Positions 36,854-37,084 of a DNA stretch of 37,084 nt are shown here, in pieces; position 1 is the stretch's first letter, and each line of letters begins with the position of its first letter. The notes beneath the pieces were generated by a model. That model ran no database searches. It was not told the DNA's origin and saw only the letters and a list, made by a program, of their open reading frames with translations. The translations under genes and the position numbers were made by a program. Source of the stretch: Catajapyx aquilonaris (Eukaryota); contig KZ538016.1 in NCBI GenBank assembly GCA_000934665.2, forward strand, positions 124,001 to 161,084, in the 5' to 3' direction.

Positions 36854-37084
36854 CAGCGTCGGATTTCCCATTAGGCACAGTAGGCACTGGCCTAGGGGCG
36901 GCCGCCCTGTAGGGGCGGCCGCGGTTGCAATAAATAATATTTCTCAAATACAATAATAAAAAATGATGGCGAGATCACAAAGAAAAGCAACATGTTGAGA
37001 GCTTGATTTGCCACTACATGCACAAAAGGTAATTGCCAAAGGGCGGCCGCGGCCGCCCTCTGGGCGGCCATAACTTTCTATCTG
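36854..37084. mobile_element. One end of a non-autonomous hAT-like DNA transposon (runs off the window)
   Basis: Starts CAGCGTCGGATTTCCCATTAGGCACAGTAGGCACTGGCCTAGGGGC, resembling hAT (Tip100-type) MITE termini, with repeated subterminal GGGCGGCCGC motifs. The other end and TSD are not visible. Confidence 0.55.

Overview
This is eukaryotic (metazoan, most likely arthropod) genomic DNA, so most entries in the six-frame ORF track are spurious. The one firmly identifiable gene is an atypical protein kinase C (aPKC, PKC-iota/zeta family) on the minus strand. Three coding exons (33795-33731, 33668-33547, 28839-28750) splice in frame through GT-AG junctions to give the N-terminal PB1 domain: [93 protein letters not shown] could not find the next exon (VFP..P..PG..C.GED) in the remaining 28.7 kb, so 1-28749 looks like one very long intron. 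Near the left edge of the window, on the same strand, is a compact promoter-like module (octamer, full CRE, TATA). It is followed by a leader with several upstream ATGs and a strong-Kozak, proline-rich ORF that runs off the window. This is a candidate internal promoter and alternative first exon for a PB1-less aPKC, reminiscent of mammalian PKM-zeta, or else a nested gene. Other notable signals are a candidate recursive-splice (CAG|GT) site at 18914, a tRNA-derived SINE in intron 2 whose antisense strand forms a complete 95-nt stop-containing cryptic exon, several MITEs, and a sharp switch from CpG-rich (about 1-26.8 kb) to CpG-depleted DNA.
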